Part shown: one piece after another, positions 51,419 to 59,964 of the stretch
Numbering within the stretch: the first letter of the stretch is position 1
Layout: the number at the start of each line of letters is the position of its first letter
DNA from: Obrimoposthia wandeli
Taxonomy: Eukaryota
DNA length: 64,000 nucleotides
Direction: 5' to 3'
Assembly: GCA_977020255.1 (NCBI GenBank)
Contig: CDROCS010005899.1
Span: 1-64,000, forward strand
The notes under the pieces: generated by a model
What the model saw: only the letters and a program-made list of their open reading frames with translations
Database searches by the model: none
What the model was told of the DNA's origin: nothing
Made by a program: the position numbers and the translations under genes

Positions 51419-53629
51419 GTGGATATTGGAAGTAATAAAAATAAAATTTCCCATAAAACTGTTTTGGAGGCTGTCGCTAGGTGGGCTCCACTTCCGCTAG
51501 CGATAGCGGTATCCCTGCTTTCAGGTTGTGGTGGCAGTTCATCCAATACCAGCACAAATACCAGTACGCCTAGCAGTAGCGGTACATTGGTGATTAATGA
51601 AGTGATGGCTAAAGACAGTGCTGGTGGTAATGATTGGATTGAACTTTACGTTACGGCGGGTTCGGTAAATCTAGGTGATTACAGCCTAGTCGATGACGAT
51701 GAAGAACACGCATTGCAAAGCCTGCCGGAGTTAACCTTAACTGCCGGTGAGTTTGTAATTATTCACGCAGTAGATGAAGACGATGCTGCCAGTCAGGAAG
51801 GTTATTACGTTACGTTTAAGCTGGGTTCAAGCGATAGTGTGAATCTTTATCATGCAGATGACTTGGTAGATTCTATATCTTGGGATAAGGGTGAAGCCTT
51901 GGTCGGTTTTACTTACGGTCGTTATACCGATGGTACGGGTGGCAAACAAACTCTTACACCCACTCCAGCCGCGAATAATATTCAAGCGAAGCGCGGTCCT
52001 TTAATCATCAACGAAATTGTGAATCAAGATGCCAATGGCGGTGATGATTGGTTTGAACTCTACAACAATGGCACAGCTACTATTGAGCTAGGTAATTATA
52101 CCGTGGTCGATGATGGTGATGACTCGGTGGAGACTTCTTTACCTAATATAAGTCTAGCGGCAGGTGAATACATTGTTATTTACGCCACGGATCTAGATCC
52201 CAGCGAACATTATGTGCCTTTTAAATTGGGCTCAAGCGACAGTCTTACGTTGAAGCTCAATGACGAAACTGTTGATTACCTTGAATGGGATGAAGCAGAT
52301 GCCCCACAAGGTTATGGTTATGGCGCATATCCCGATGGCGCTTGGACTTCACGCACCCTGGAAGTAAGTAAGGGGGGTAGTAACGTCGATGCGGTGGTAT
52401 TTGAAAGCGACACCATAGAAAGTATTTATATCAATATTGCCAGTGCTGATTGGCAAGACATCATAGACAATGCCATAGACAAAGAATATCACACAGCCTC
52501 TGTTACTTACAAAAATGTCACCCTAGAAGACGTGGCTTTTCGCACCAAGGGGAATTCTACTCTCTCTCAGGTAGTCAATTACTCACCAGGTCAAGCAGGT
52601 TATACGCGCTTTAGCTTTAAGGTGGACACCAATGAATATGTGTCCGGGCAAAAGTTGCTTAACATGAAAAAACTCAATTTTAATAACAACCTAAATGATC
52701 CCTCTTACATGCGCGAAACAATTTCATATGAAGTTATGCGCAATTTAGGTGTGCCTGCACCGCGTACATCTTTTGTGAAGCTGTATATCAATAATGAGCT
52801 ACATGGTTTGTACACAATGGTTGAAGCGGTTGACGGAGAGTTTCTTGAGCAGCATTTTGATAATTCGGATGGTGATCTTTATAAGCCCGATGGTTCAGGT
52901 GCTGGTTTAGTGGGTAATGACTTAGTGTGGATCGATGACGCTTATACAAGTTATACCGCCATTGAGAAAAAGAGCAACGAAGACATCACAGACAATAAGG
53001 CATTAATGACATTTTTAGATGGTATCAATAATGGAAGTGATGCAAACAGCATTATGAACAGTGATGCCATGTTGCGTTATTTAGCGGCATCCACAGCCAT
53101 GAGTAACCTAGACAGTTACCAAGGTAGTTTGGCGCACAACTATTATTTGTACGAAGAAGGTGGACAGTTCTCCATTATCCCTTGGGATTTTAATCAATCA
53201 TTTGGCTCGTTCTCACGGGGTTGTGATGTGACAACACTTTACATCGATGAGCCTACCGAAAGTGCTTTGTCTGAGCGCCCTCTAATTGAAACCCTTTTAG
53301 CCAGCGATACCAATTTGAGTATTTACCATGATTACTTATCTGAGTTAATTAATGGCGGAGGCTTAGATCCACAAGCAATAGAAGCCAAAATCGATAGCAT
53401 CGAAAGTTTGATTTCTACCGCAGTATCAGAGGATCCAAGTGCCTTTTACACTCACAGTGGATTTGAATCGGGCTTAACGGATTTGCTTAATTTTGCTACT
53501 CAGCGAGCCGAAAATGTGCAGGATCAATTAAACGGAAACCTAGGCAGTAGTGGCGATGGTAATGGATGTGCCGTTACCAATACTGGCCCTGGAGGAAACC
53601 TACCTCCTGGTCCCCCTCCGGCACCTTAA
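51419..53629 (+). CDS. CotH-family kinase lipoprotein with two lamin-tail domains
   Basis: LSGC lipobox (Cys37); two INE...DWxELY LTD repeats; CotH motifs RTKGNS, KKLNFNN, DPSYMRE, APRTSF, GLYTMVE, NLDSY..HNYYLY, PWDFN; C-terminal PPGPPPAP. Confidence 0.88.
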   Translation: MDIGSNKNKISHKTVLEAVARWAPLPLAIAVSLLSGCGGSSSNTSTNTSTPSSSGTLVINEVMAKDSAGGNDWIELYVTAGSVNLGDYSLVDDDEEHALQSLPELTLTAGEFVIIHAVDEDDAASQEGYYVTFKLGSSDSVNLYHADDLVDSISWDKGEALVGFTYGRYTDGTGGKQTLTPTPAANNIQAKRGPLIINEIVNQDANGGDDWFELYNNGTATIELGNYTVVDDGDDSVETSLPNISLAAGEYIVIYATDLDPSEHYVPFKLGSSDSLTLKLNDETVDYLEWDEADAPQGYGYGAYPDGAWTSRTLEVSKGGSNVDAVVFESDTIESIYINIASADWQDIIDNAIDKEYHTASVTYKNVTLEDVAFRTKGNSTLSQVVNYSPGQAGYTRFSFKVDTNEYVSGQKLLNMKKLNFNNNLNDPSYMRETISYEVMRNLGVPAPRTSFVKLYINNELHGLYTMVEAVDGEFLEQHFDNSDGDLYKPDGSGAGLVGNDLVWIDDAYTSYTAIEKKSNEDITDNKALMTFLDGINNGSDANSIMNSDAMLRYLAASTAMSNLDSYQGSLAHNYYLYEEGGQFSIIPWDFNQSFGSFSRGCDVTTLYIDEPTESALSERPLIETLLASDTNLSIYHDYLSELINGGGLDPQAIEAKIDSIESLISTAVSEDPSAFYTHSGFESGLTDLLNFATQRAENVQDQLNGNLGSSGDGNGCAVTNTGPGGNLPPGPPPAP

Positions 53630-53640
53630 CCACCCAAAAG

Positions 53641-53669
53641 CATGCCTCCTGATGTATCTAGGAGGCATG
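53641..53669 (+). promoter_or_regulatory. Hairpin sequestering the AGGAGG SD of the VTC gene
   Basis: CATGCCTCCT-GATGTATCT-AGGAGGCATG; SD at 53660-53665 lies 8 nt before TTG 53674. Confidence 0.65.
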
Positions 53670-53673
53670 ATAA

Positions 53674-54528
53674 TTGAACGATTTGATCGAGGTGGTTATG
53701 AATAACCAGCAAGGTTTAGCGGAACGCCCGCTGAATTATAATTTTAAACAAGAGCCTGTCGACGGTGAAAACTCTCAGCCGCTTGAATACCTAAACTCGC
53801 TTATGAAATTTAAGGGTCATGGCCTAATAGATTTAAAAAATGCGGCGTTAATGAACAGGGTAGATACTAAGTATCTCATTGCTAGAAACAAGCTAAATGA
53901 TTTACTGGAAAGCTTATTACCTTTTTATACCGCGCTTGAAATTAATGGCAAAAGAATCTTCACCTACGAAAACACCTATTTTGATACACCAAAGATGGAC
54001 TTTTATCACCAGCATCACCAAGGAAAGCTAAACCGCTTTAAAGTGCGTCATCGTGATTATGTCGACAGTGAGAAAGGGTTTCTCGAGGTTAAGTTTAAAA
54101 ATAATAAGGGGCGCACTATTAAATCTCGAATGGGATCAGCTCTCGCGTGTATTGATGGTGATAATGAAGAGCAATTTTTAGCTAAGCAACTTAACGATCA
54201 ATACTCAAACCTACAAGCGACACAGTGGGGGAGCTATCAACGTATTGCCTTAGCCAATGAATCAGCAGGCGAGCGCCTAACGCTAGACTTTAACCTTACC
54301 TTTAGCTCTATTGATAGTGTTCATCGGGTTGAATTGCCTAATTTCTTTATCGCCGAGCTGAAGCAGAGCAAACTTGATTTTCAATCACCCTTTGCTCTGG
54401 AAATGGCTCGCCTTGGGATTAGGCCCAAAAAGTTTAGTAAATATTGCATTGGTACGAGCCTGCTTAACCCAGCATTAAAATCCAATCGATTTAAAGCCGT
54501 ATTAATGGCCGCTCAAAAGTTTCATTAG
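53674..54528 (+). CDS. VTC (polyphosphate polymerase) domain protein
   Basis: LMNRVDTKY, YFDT, RFKVRHRDY, FLEVKFK, YQRIAL, RLTLD, IAELK, FSKYCIG. Confidence 0.88.
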   Translation: MNDLIEVVMNNQQGLAERPLNYNFKQEPVDGENSQPLEYLNSLMKFKGHGLIDLKNAALMNRVDTKYLIARNKLNDLLESLLPFYTALEINGKRIFTYENTYFDTPKMDFYHQHHQGKLNRFKVRHRDYVDSEKGFLEVKFKNNKGRTIKSRMGSALACIDGDNEEQFLAKQLNDQYSNLQATQWGSYQRIALANESAGERLTLDFNLTFSSIDSVHRVELPNFFIAELKQSKLDFQSPFALEMARLGIRPKKFSKYCIGTSLLNPALKSNRFKAVLMAAQKFH

Positions 54529-54565
54529 TTATTTTTATTTATCTAGTTACAACAGGAATATTTTT

Positions 54566-55228
54566 ATGTTTAGCACCTTGGATTTGGATTTTGTTTTTAA
54601 ATTAATCCTCAATACATTATCGGTATCATTCATCGTATTTGGTTGTTACTTAAGAGGGTTCCTTTTGAGTAAATCGGGCAATCGCGAACATGCTACTTCA
54701 TTTTTATTGTTTGCGGTGGGTGTGTTTAGCGTTACCTATCTTCTGCATTCTGTGGATATATCAATGGGATTTGCATTTGGACTGTTTGCGGTATTTTCCA
54801 TGTTGCGCTATCGCACCGAGTCGATATCAGTAAGAGAAATGACTTATCTGTTTCTAGTGATCGCCATGTCGTTGTTATCTTCGGTAGGATCCACCAATTA
54901 TGTTGAGTTAATACTGCTGCACAGTGTATTTTTTAGTTGCGCCTTTTTTTGCGAAGCTGTGTTGTCAAAGAAAACCTTACTTCAGCAAACCATTGAGTAT
55001 GAAAAAATTGAAAATATCACTCCGCAAAAACGCCAAGTTTTGATCGCAGATATCAAAGCGCGTACGGGTTTAGATGTAAAAAGGCTTGAAATCACTCATA
55101 TCGATTTTTTAAAAGACTGTGCCAGTGTACTGGTATTTTATCGTCCAGTTGTGGATCAACGTTTAGAGCTAGAAGCTGGGCATGAATCTTTGCCAAATAA
55201 TGCCAGCAATTATGCGCAAACCAAATAA
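54566..55228 (+). CDS. DUF4956 membrane protein
   Basis: SMGFAFGLFAVFSMLRYRTE, REMTYLF, YEKIENITPQKR, RTGL. Confidence 0.9.
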   Translation: MFSTLDLDFVFKLILNTLSVSFIVFGCYLRGFLLSKSGNREHATSFLLFAVGVFSVTYLLHSVDISMGFAFGLFAVFSMLRYRTESISVREMTYLFLVIAMSLLSSVGSTNYVELILLHSVFFSCAFFCEAVLSKKTLLQQTIEYEKIENITPQKRQVLIADIKARTGLDVKRLEITHIDFLKDCASVLVFYRPVVDQRLELEAGHESLPNNASNYAQTK

Positions 55229-55244
55229 GACCATGGATTAATGA

Positions 55245-56339
55245 ATGAATAAATTATTGAATACCAGTTTTATTATCATGAGCTTATTAGTTGCCAATGA
55301 AGTGTTATCCGATGATGGCTCGGCTCAAAAAATATCTGGCACGCTGATGTTTGATTATGGCTTGTTACCTGAGAGCGGTGAGGGATTTACTTCTGAAATA
55401 AGGCGCGCTCGTATTGATTTAAAGCATAGCTTGAATCAAGACTGGGCCGTAAAACTGCAACTGACATTTGACGAAGAAGATCAAAGTAGTGAAATTGGTG
55501 ATGCTTATATGCGTTTCAGCGGCATTGAAAATATGAGTATTACGATGGGTAAAATGAAAGAACCGTTTGGTTTGGAAAATATGACCAGCTCAAAGAATAT
55601 CACATTTCTTGAGCGCTCAATGGCCAGTAATGCTTTTGCCCCCGATAGAAATAAAGGACTAATGCTATCGGGTACGCCGGGCGATGTAACATGGGCGGTG
55701 GCCTTAATGGATATAGACAGTGATAACAAAGAAGACGCTCCCTATGCTGTGACCGGAAGAGCCACATGGGCGCCCTTGCAAACTGAAGATCAAACGTTGC
55801 ATGTCGGTTTTTCAGCTTCATTGCGTCAATTGAATGGTGATAAGTTCGAAATCGATGAGCGAGTAGAGCTGCATAACTCAGAAAAAATCATCACCAGCGG
55901 CAAGGTCGATACCGACTCGTTGCAGTTATCTGGTATTGAGGCCGCTTGGGTTCATGGAGCATTTTCTGTGCAATCAGAATACATGAGTGCCGACTTGAAG
56001 GCGGTAGATGCCAGTGAAAATTCAGAATTTGATGGCTATTATCTGCAAGCCAGCTACTTTTTAAGTGCTGACATGCGCCCTTATAAAAAGGGTGTCTTTA
56101 GCAGCATTAAACCGCAGTCAAAAGAGGGGGCTTGGGAGCTATCTTCAAGATACAGTATGCTAAATACTAATAAGGTAAGTGATGGCAGTACGGTACGAAC
56201 GAGTACCTTAGGAGTTAATTATTATTATGATAAAAACCTGCGTCTAATGACGAATATATTACATGCGCAATCATCTACTGACGTGGCCGATAGCGACACA
56301 TGGAATGGCGCTTCTTTTCGGCTTCAATATCTTTTTTAA
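55245..56339 (+). CDS. OprO/OprP-family phosphate-selective porin
   Basis: Signal peptide, EIRRARI, GKMKEPFGLE, SSKNITFLERS, YLQASYFL, WELSSRYS, GVNYY; C-terminal Phe. Confidence 0.88.
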   Translation: MNKLLNTSFIIMSLLVANEVLSDDGSAQKISGTLMFDYGLLPESGEGFTSEIRRARIDLKHSLNQDWAVKLQLTFDEEDQSSEIGDAYMRFSGIENMSITMGKMKEPFGLENMTSSKNITFLERSMASNAFAPDRNKGLMLSGTPGDVTWAVALMDIDSDNKEDAPYAVTGRATWAPLQTEDQTLHVGFSASLRQLNGDKFEIDERVELHNSEKIITSGKVDTDSLQLSGIEAAWVHGAFSVQSEYMSADLKAVDASENSEFDGYYLQASYFLSADMRPYKKGVFSSIKPQSKEGAWELSSRYSMLNTNKVSDGSTVRTSTLGVNYYYDKNLRLMTNILHAQSSTDVADSDTWNGASFRLQYLF

Positions 56340-56414
56340 GGCATTGTATGCCATTAGGCGTTATGTTTATTACGGTTTTATCGCTTAGTCAGAGAAGGTT
56401 GGCCCTATTTTTAT

Positions 56415-57917
56415 ATGTTTAAATTATCACAGATGACGTTCAGTATTCGCTTTAAACTATTTTCAACCTTACTGCTGGCCACTGGCAGTGTGGTGTTGTG
56501 CATGTACCTGCTGATGTTATGGAGCTTTGATCGAGGTTTCTTGGATTATGTAAACAAGCAGGAGCAACAAAAATATCAGGCGTTTAGTCAGGTATTAGCA
56601 AAACATTGGCAGGAAAATAACAGTTGGAAACAATTGCGCAGCCATCGCCGTACTTGGGATCTTTTATTAAGTCAGTATATTGATTCCCCCGATTCTGATT
56701 TTAAAGAAGAGGGCCCTTCTGAATCTAATAACCGAGGTAGAGGGCCACGTTCGTTTGGTCCTGCTGACGATTTTCAGCATCCACCACCTCCGCGTAAAGG
56801 TGGAAAAAAACCATTACTGTTAGATGAAAATAAGAAGATATTAATAGGCCGTGCTAAAAATCTTATAAATATTGAGTTTTATGAGATTGTGGTGGAGGAT
56901 AAAATCGTAGGATTTTTAGGTCAATTTCCACAGAAAAAACTCGCCGACGAGCTGGATGTATTGTTTGTAGAGCAACAGTCTAGGGCATTCATGCTATCGG
57001 CCTTAATGATGGTTGTTATTTGTATATTGGCGGCTTTACCCATAACCGCGCACTTGGTGAAACCCATTCGTCATTTAAGCCGAGGTACTCGGCGATTAAT
57101 CTCTGGTCGTTATAAGACTGTAATCCCTGTTACTAGCAATGATGAGTTAGGCCAGTTGTCTAAAAACTTTAATACCTTAGCCAATACTCTAAAAGAAAAT
57201 GAAAAAGCGCGCCAACAATGGATCGCTGATATCTCTCATGAATTACGCACTCCACTGGCGATATTAAAGGGAGAGATTGAAGCCATACAAGATGGTATTC
57301 AGGCAAGTACTCCGCGGGCGATAGATTCTTTACATGCTGAGGTGGAGCATTTAAATCACTTGATAAACGACTTGTATGAGATTTCAATGTCGGATATTGG
57401 TGCACTGAATTACCAGAAATCAAATATCGATGTAGCCGAGATTTTACAAGCCACATTGAATTCTTTTCAAGCAGAATTCAAGAATGCAGGTATTACCTTG
57501 ATCTTTAACTCTAAGCTAAAGAAAAGCCCTCACGTATTGGCCGATGCTACTCGACTCAGGCAGCTATTTAGCAACTTATTAAAAAATACCCTGCGCTATA
57601 CCGACCGCGAAGGTACGCTAGAAGTAGAAATTAGTGCGAAGTCTGATGCCATTAAAATTCAATTTAAAGACTCAGCACCCGGTGTGAGTGAAATAGAAAT
57701 GGGAAAATTATTTGAGCGCTTATATCGAGTAGAGTCTTCTCGTAATAGGGCCACAGGAGGAGCTGGCTTAGGCTTGTCGGTGTGCCAGAATATAGTAGTC
57801 GCTCATGAGGGCACTATCACCGCAAAAGCATCCCCTTATGGTGGCGTCTGGATATCCATTAGTTTACCTGCTTTAGGTTTTAGCAAGGATGCACACAAAA
57901 AGAGGGAAGTATTATGA
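56415..57917 (+). CDS. BaeS-like sensor histidine kinase
   Basis: 2 TM, HAMP, ADISHELRTPL, QLFSNLLKN, DSAPG, LFERLYR, GAGLGL. Confidence 0.92.
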   Translation: MFKLSQMTFSIRFKLFSTLLLATGSVVLCMYLLMLWSFDRGFLDYVNKQEQQKYQAFSQVLAKHWQENNSWKQLRSHRRTWDLLLSQYIDSPDSDFKEEGPSESNNRGRGPRSFGPADDFQHPPPPRKGGKKPLLLDENKKILIGRAKNLINIEFYEIVVEDKIVGFLGQFPQKKLADELDVLFVEQQSRAFMLSALMMVVICILAALPITAHLVKPIRHLSRGTRRLISGRYKTVIPVTSNDELGQLSKNFNTLANTLKENEKARQQWIADISHELRTPLAILKGEIEAIQDGIQASTPRAIDSLHAEVEHLNHLINDLYEISMSDIGALNYQKSNIDVAEILQATLNSFQAEFKNAGITLIFNSKLKKSPHVLADATRLRQLFSNLLKNTLRYTDREGTLEVEISAKSDAIKIQFKDSAPGVSEIEMGKLFERLYRVESSRNRATGGAGLGLSVCQNIVVAHEGTITAKASPYGGVWISISLPALGFSKDAHKKREVL

Positions 57918-58615
57918 ATCAGCCTAGCGTGAAGCAGCAGGTATTAATTGTTGAAGACGAACCCAAACTTGCACAAGTTTTATCTGTCTACTTGCTTCAG
58001 TCTGGTTTTGAAACCCATATTATTAATAATGGCCTAGAAGTCATTGATTGGGTGAGACAGCATCAGCCTGACTTAATACTCCTCGATCTAATGTTGCCAG
58101 GCCTTAATGGCATAGAGATATGCAAAGAGCTTAGAATATTTTCAAATGTTCCCATCATCATGGTGACTGCCCGGGTGGAGGAAGTGGACCGTTTATTAGG
58201 GTTGGAGTTAGGGTGCGACGATTATATTTGCAAGCCCTTTAGCCCGAGAGAAGTGGTTGCCAGAGTGAAGGCTATTTTAAGACGCTTTCAACCAGCCCAG
58301 CCTGATTCGATTGTGCAGGGCATTGTGCTAGATGAAGCACGTAATAAAACCACGATTAACGGCCATGAACTGGTATTAACAGTCGTTGAATTTCAGTTGT
58401 TGAGCATCTTGCTTCACGGCAAAGGTAGGATTTATTCCAGAGAACAACTTATGGATCATATTTATACCGACAATCGTGTCGTGAGCGACCGTACGATAGA
58501 CAGTCACATTAAAAAATTGCGTAAACGACTTGCCGAAGTACTGCCAGAACAAGAAATTATTCACTCCGTTTATGGGATGGGTTATAAATTGGAAGAGCCA
58601 CCCTCGTCGCAGTAA
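57914..58615 (+). CDS. BaeR-like OmpR-family response regulator
   Basis: VEDE, LDLMLPG, DDYICKPFSPREV, winged-helix RTIDSHIKKLR, VYGMGY. Confidence 0.92.
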   Translation: MNQPSVKQQVLIVEDEPKLAQVLSVYLLQSGFETHIINNGLEVIDWVRQHQPDLILLDLMLPGLNGIEICKELRIFSNVPIIMVTARVEEVDRLLGLELGCDDYICKPFSPREVVARVKAILRRFQPAQPDSIVQGIVLDEARNKTTINGHELVLTVVEFQLLSILLHGKGRIYSREQLMDHIYTDNRVVSDRTIDSHIKKLRKRLAEVLPEQEIIHSVYGMGYKLEEPPSSQ

Positions 58616-58748
58616 CGGTAGTTTCTTCATTCTAGTGTCTTACTCCTAGAGTTTCAGTTTAAGTATTTAATTATAGCCTTTTCATATTTTTTGCTCTTTT
58701 GCTGTGTAATCTAAAATGACATCAACAGACTCTTAATGAGGTGAGCAA

Positions 58749-59129
58749 ATGAACTTCCAACTTTCTTCAAACACATTTTTTCGCAGCCTAATGGCTGTAT
58801 GTCTATTTACCGCCATCAGTATGATGGCCAGCGCTCAAAGCCAAGGCGATGAAAGACCTAAGCATAAAGCTGGCCCTCAACACCTGATAGAGGCCTTGCA
58901 AGTCACAGAGGATCAACAGGATTCATTTTTGACGGTTATGAAAGCTCAACACGAAAAAAGAATGAGCATTCATGAGCAATACAGAGATAATCATGAAGAA
59001 GAACGTACACTGATGACGGCTTTGCATGAAGAAACCCTAACTCTTTTACAAGACGTGCTAACGGCTGAACAGCTGGAAACATTCACAAGCATGGAAAAAC
59101 AAAAACCATCAAGAAAGCCTCGTCATTAA
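58749..59129 (+). CDS. Spy/CpxP-like small periplasmic helical protein
   Basis: Signal peptide ending ASA, L.VTEDQQ, L..VLTAEQ (LTxxQ) motifs, His/Glu-rich. Confidence 0.65.
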   Translation: MNFQLSSNTFFRSLMAVCLFTAISMMASAQSQGDERPKHKAGPQHLIEALQVTEDQQDSFLTVMKAQHEKRMSIHEQYRDNHEEERTLMTALHEETLTLLQDVLTAEQLETFTSMEKQKPSRKPRH

Positions 59130-59194
59130 ACAGGACTAGCGGTTTTGGGATATTAAAGGCGATATTTCTATCAGCCTTTATCCCCTTTATTACT

Positions 59195-59227
59195 TCCATA
59201 TTGTTTACACATTTTTTGCACATTGTT
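59195..59227 (+). promoter_or_regulatory. Three tandem 11-bp repeats similar to those upstream of cotH
   Basis: TCCATATTGTT-TACACATTTTT-TGCACATTGTT. Confidence 0.55.
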
Positions 59228-59301
59228 GTTCTAATTTTACTTTGAACAATCCAAGAATAGTTATTCTTGGATTTAAGCGTTTAATTTATAAGGAATTCAA
59301 C

Positions 59302-59775
59302 ATGGTTGCTATTTCAGGGTCGGCACCACCTCCACCACCTCGTCAATCGAGTCAGCAAGCCTCGCTTAGTGAAGAGCAGCAAACGCTTATTACCGAGACC
59401 TTATCTCAATATGATGCGGACAACTTATCCGAAGCCGATGCTCAATCAATTGTCGAAGCCTTCTCAGAGGCAAGCCTTGCACCTGGGAAGGCGTTTGCCG
59501 ATGCCTTATCTGAGGCAGGGTTTGATGCAAAAGAAATAGGGGATCTCGCAGGTATTGGTCCAAGCCAAGAAAGTATGGGGACCAGTAAACCACCGCCTCC
59601 CCCTAAATCTGAGGGACAAGGCTTCACTGATGAAATGCTGACAACGTTAGAGACGCTGCTGACAGAGTATGAGGGGAGGGACCTAGATAGCGATACCATT
59701 GATTCAATAACCGCGACTATGGAGGAGTTATTTGGTTTGGATAAATCAGGTCGCTTATTGGATGTTCGTGCGTAA
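59302..59775 (+). CDS. Acidic hypothetical protein with two poly-Pro tracts, no Sec signal
   Basis: AAGGA SD before ATG 59302; MVAISGSAPPPPPR ... KPPPPPK ... GRLLDVRA. Confidence 0.7.
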   Translation: MVAISGSAPPPPPRQSSQQASLSEEQQTLITETLSQYDADNLSEADAQSIVEAFSEASLAPGKAFADALSEAGFDAKEIGDLAGIGPSQESMGTSKPPPPPKSEGQGFTDEMLTTLETLLTEYEGRDLDSDTIDSITATMEELFGLDKSGRLLDVRA

Positions 59776-59881
59776 TTCATGTGTAGTTTGTTTGCCCTAG
59801 ATACCTGAAAAGGTTCTGTGCAGGAGACTTAGCGACTGGCGAGAAGCCTTAAGCTTGTGTTCGTCAGTTTTAGGCGCAGGC

Positions 59882-59935
59882 AAAAAAAAGGCCGAGTGAC
59901 CCGTTCTTAATAGAACGTATCATTCGGCCTTTTTT
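59882..59935. terminator. Bidirectional terminator
   Basis: AAAAAAAGGCCGA...TCGGCCTTTTTT with inner CGTTCT/AGAACG stem, between convergent genes. Confidence 0.85.
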
Positions 59936-59964
59936 AGCAAATGCTTGTTAAAAAGCGGTTGCGA

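Noticed and set aside
53667-53705. 12-codon uORF after AGGAGG
   Set aside because: SD-ATG spacing is only 1 nt; the same SD is optimally spaced for TTG 53674
28617-59780. Prophage or ICE interpretation of the accessory block
   Set aside because: No structural phage, conjugation, relaxase or intact integrase genes, and no att repeats seen
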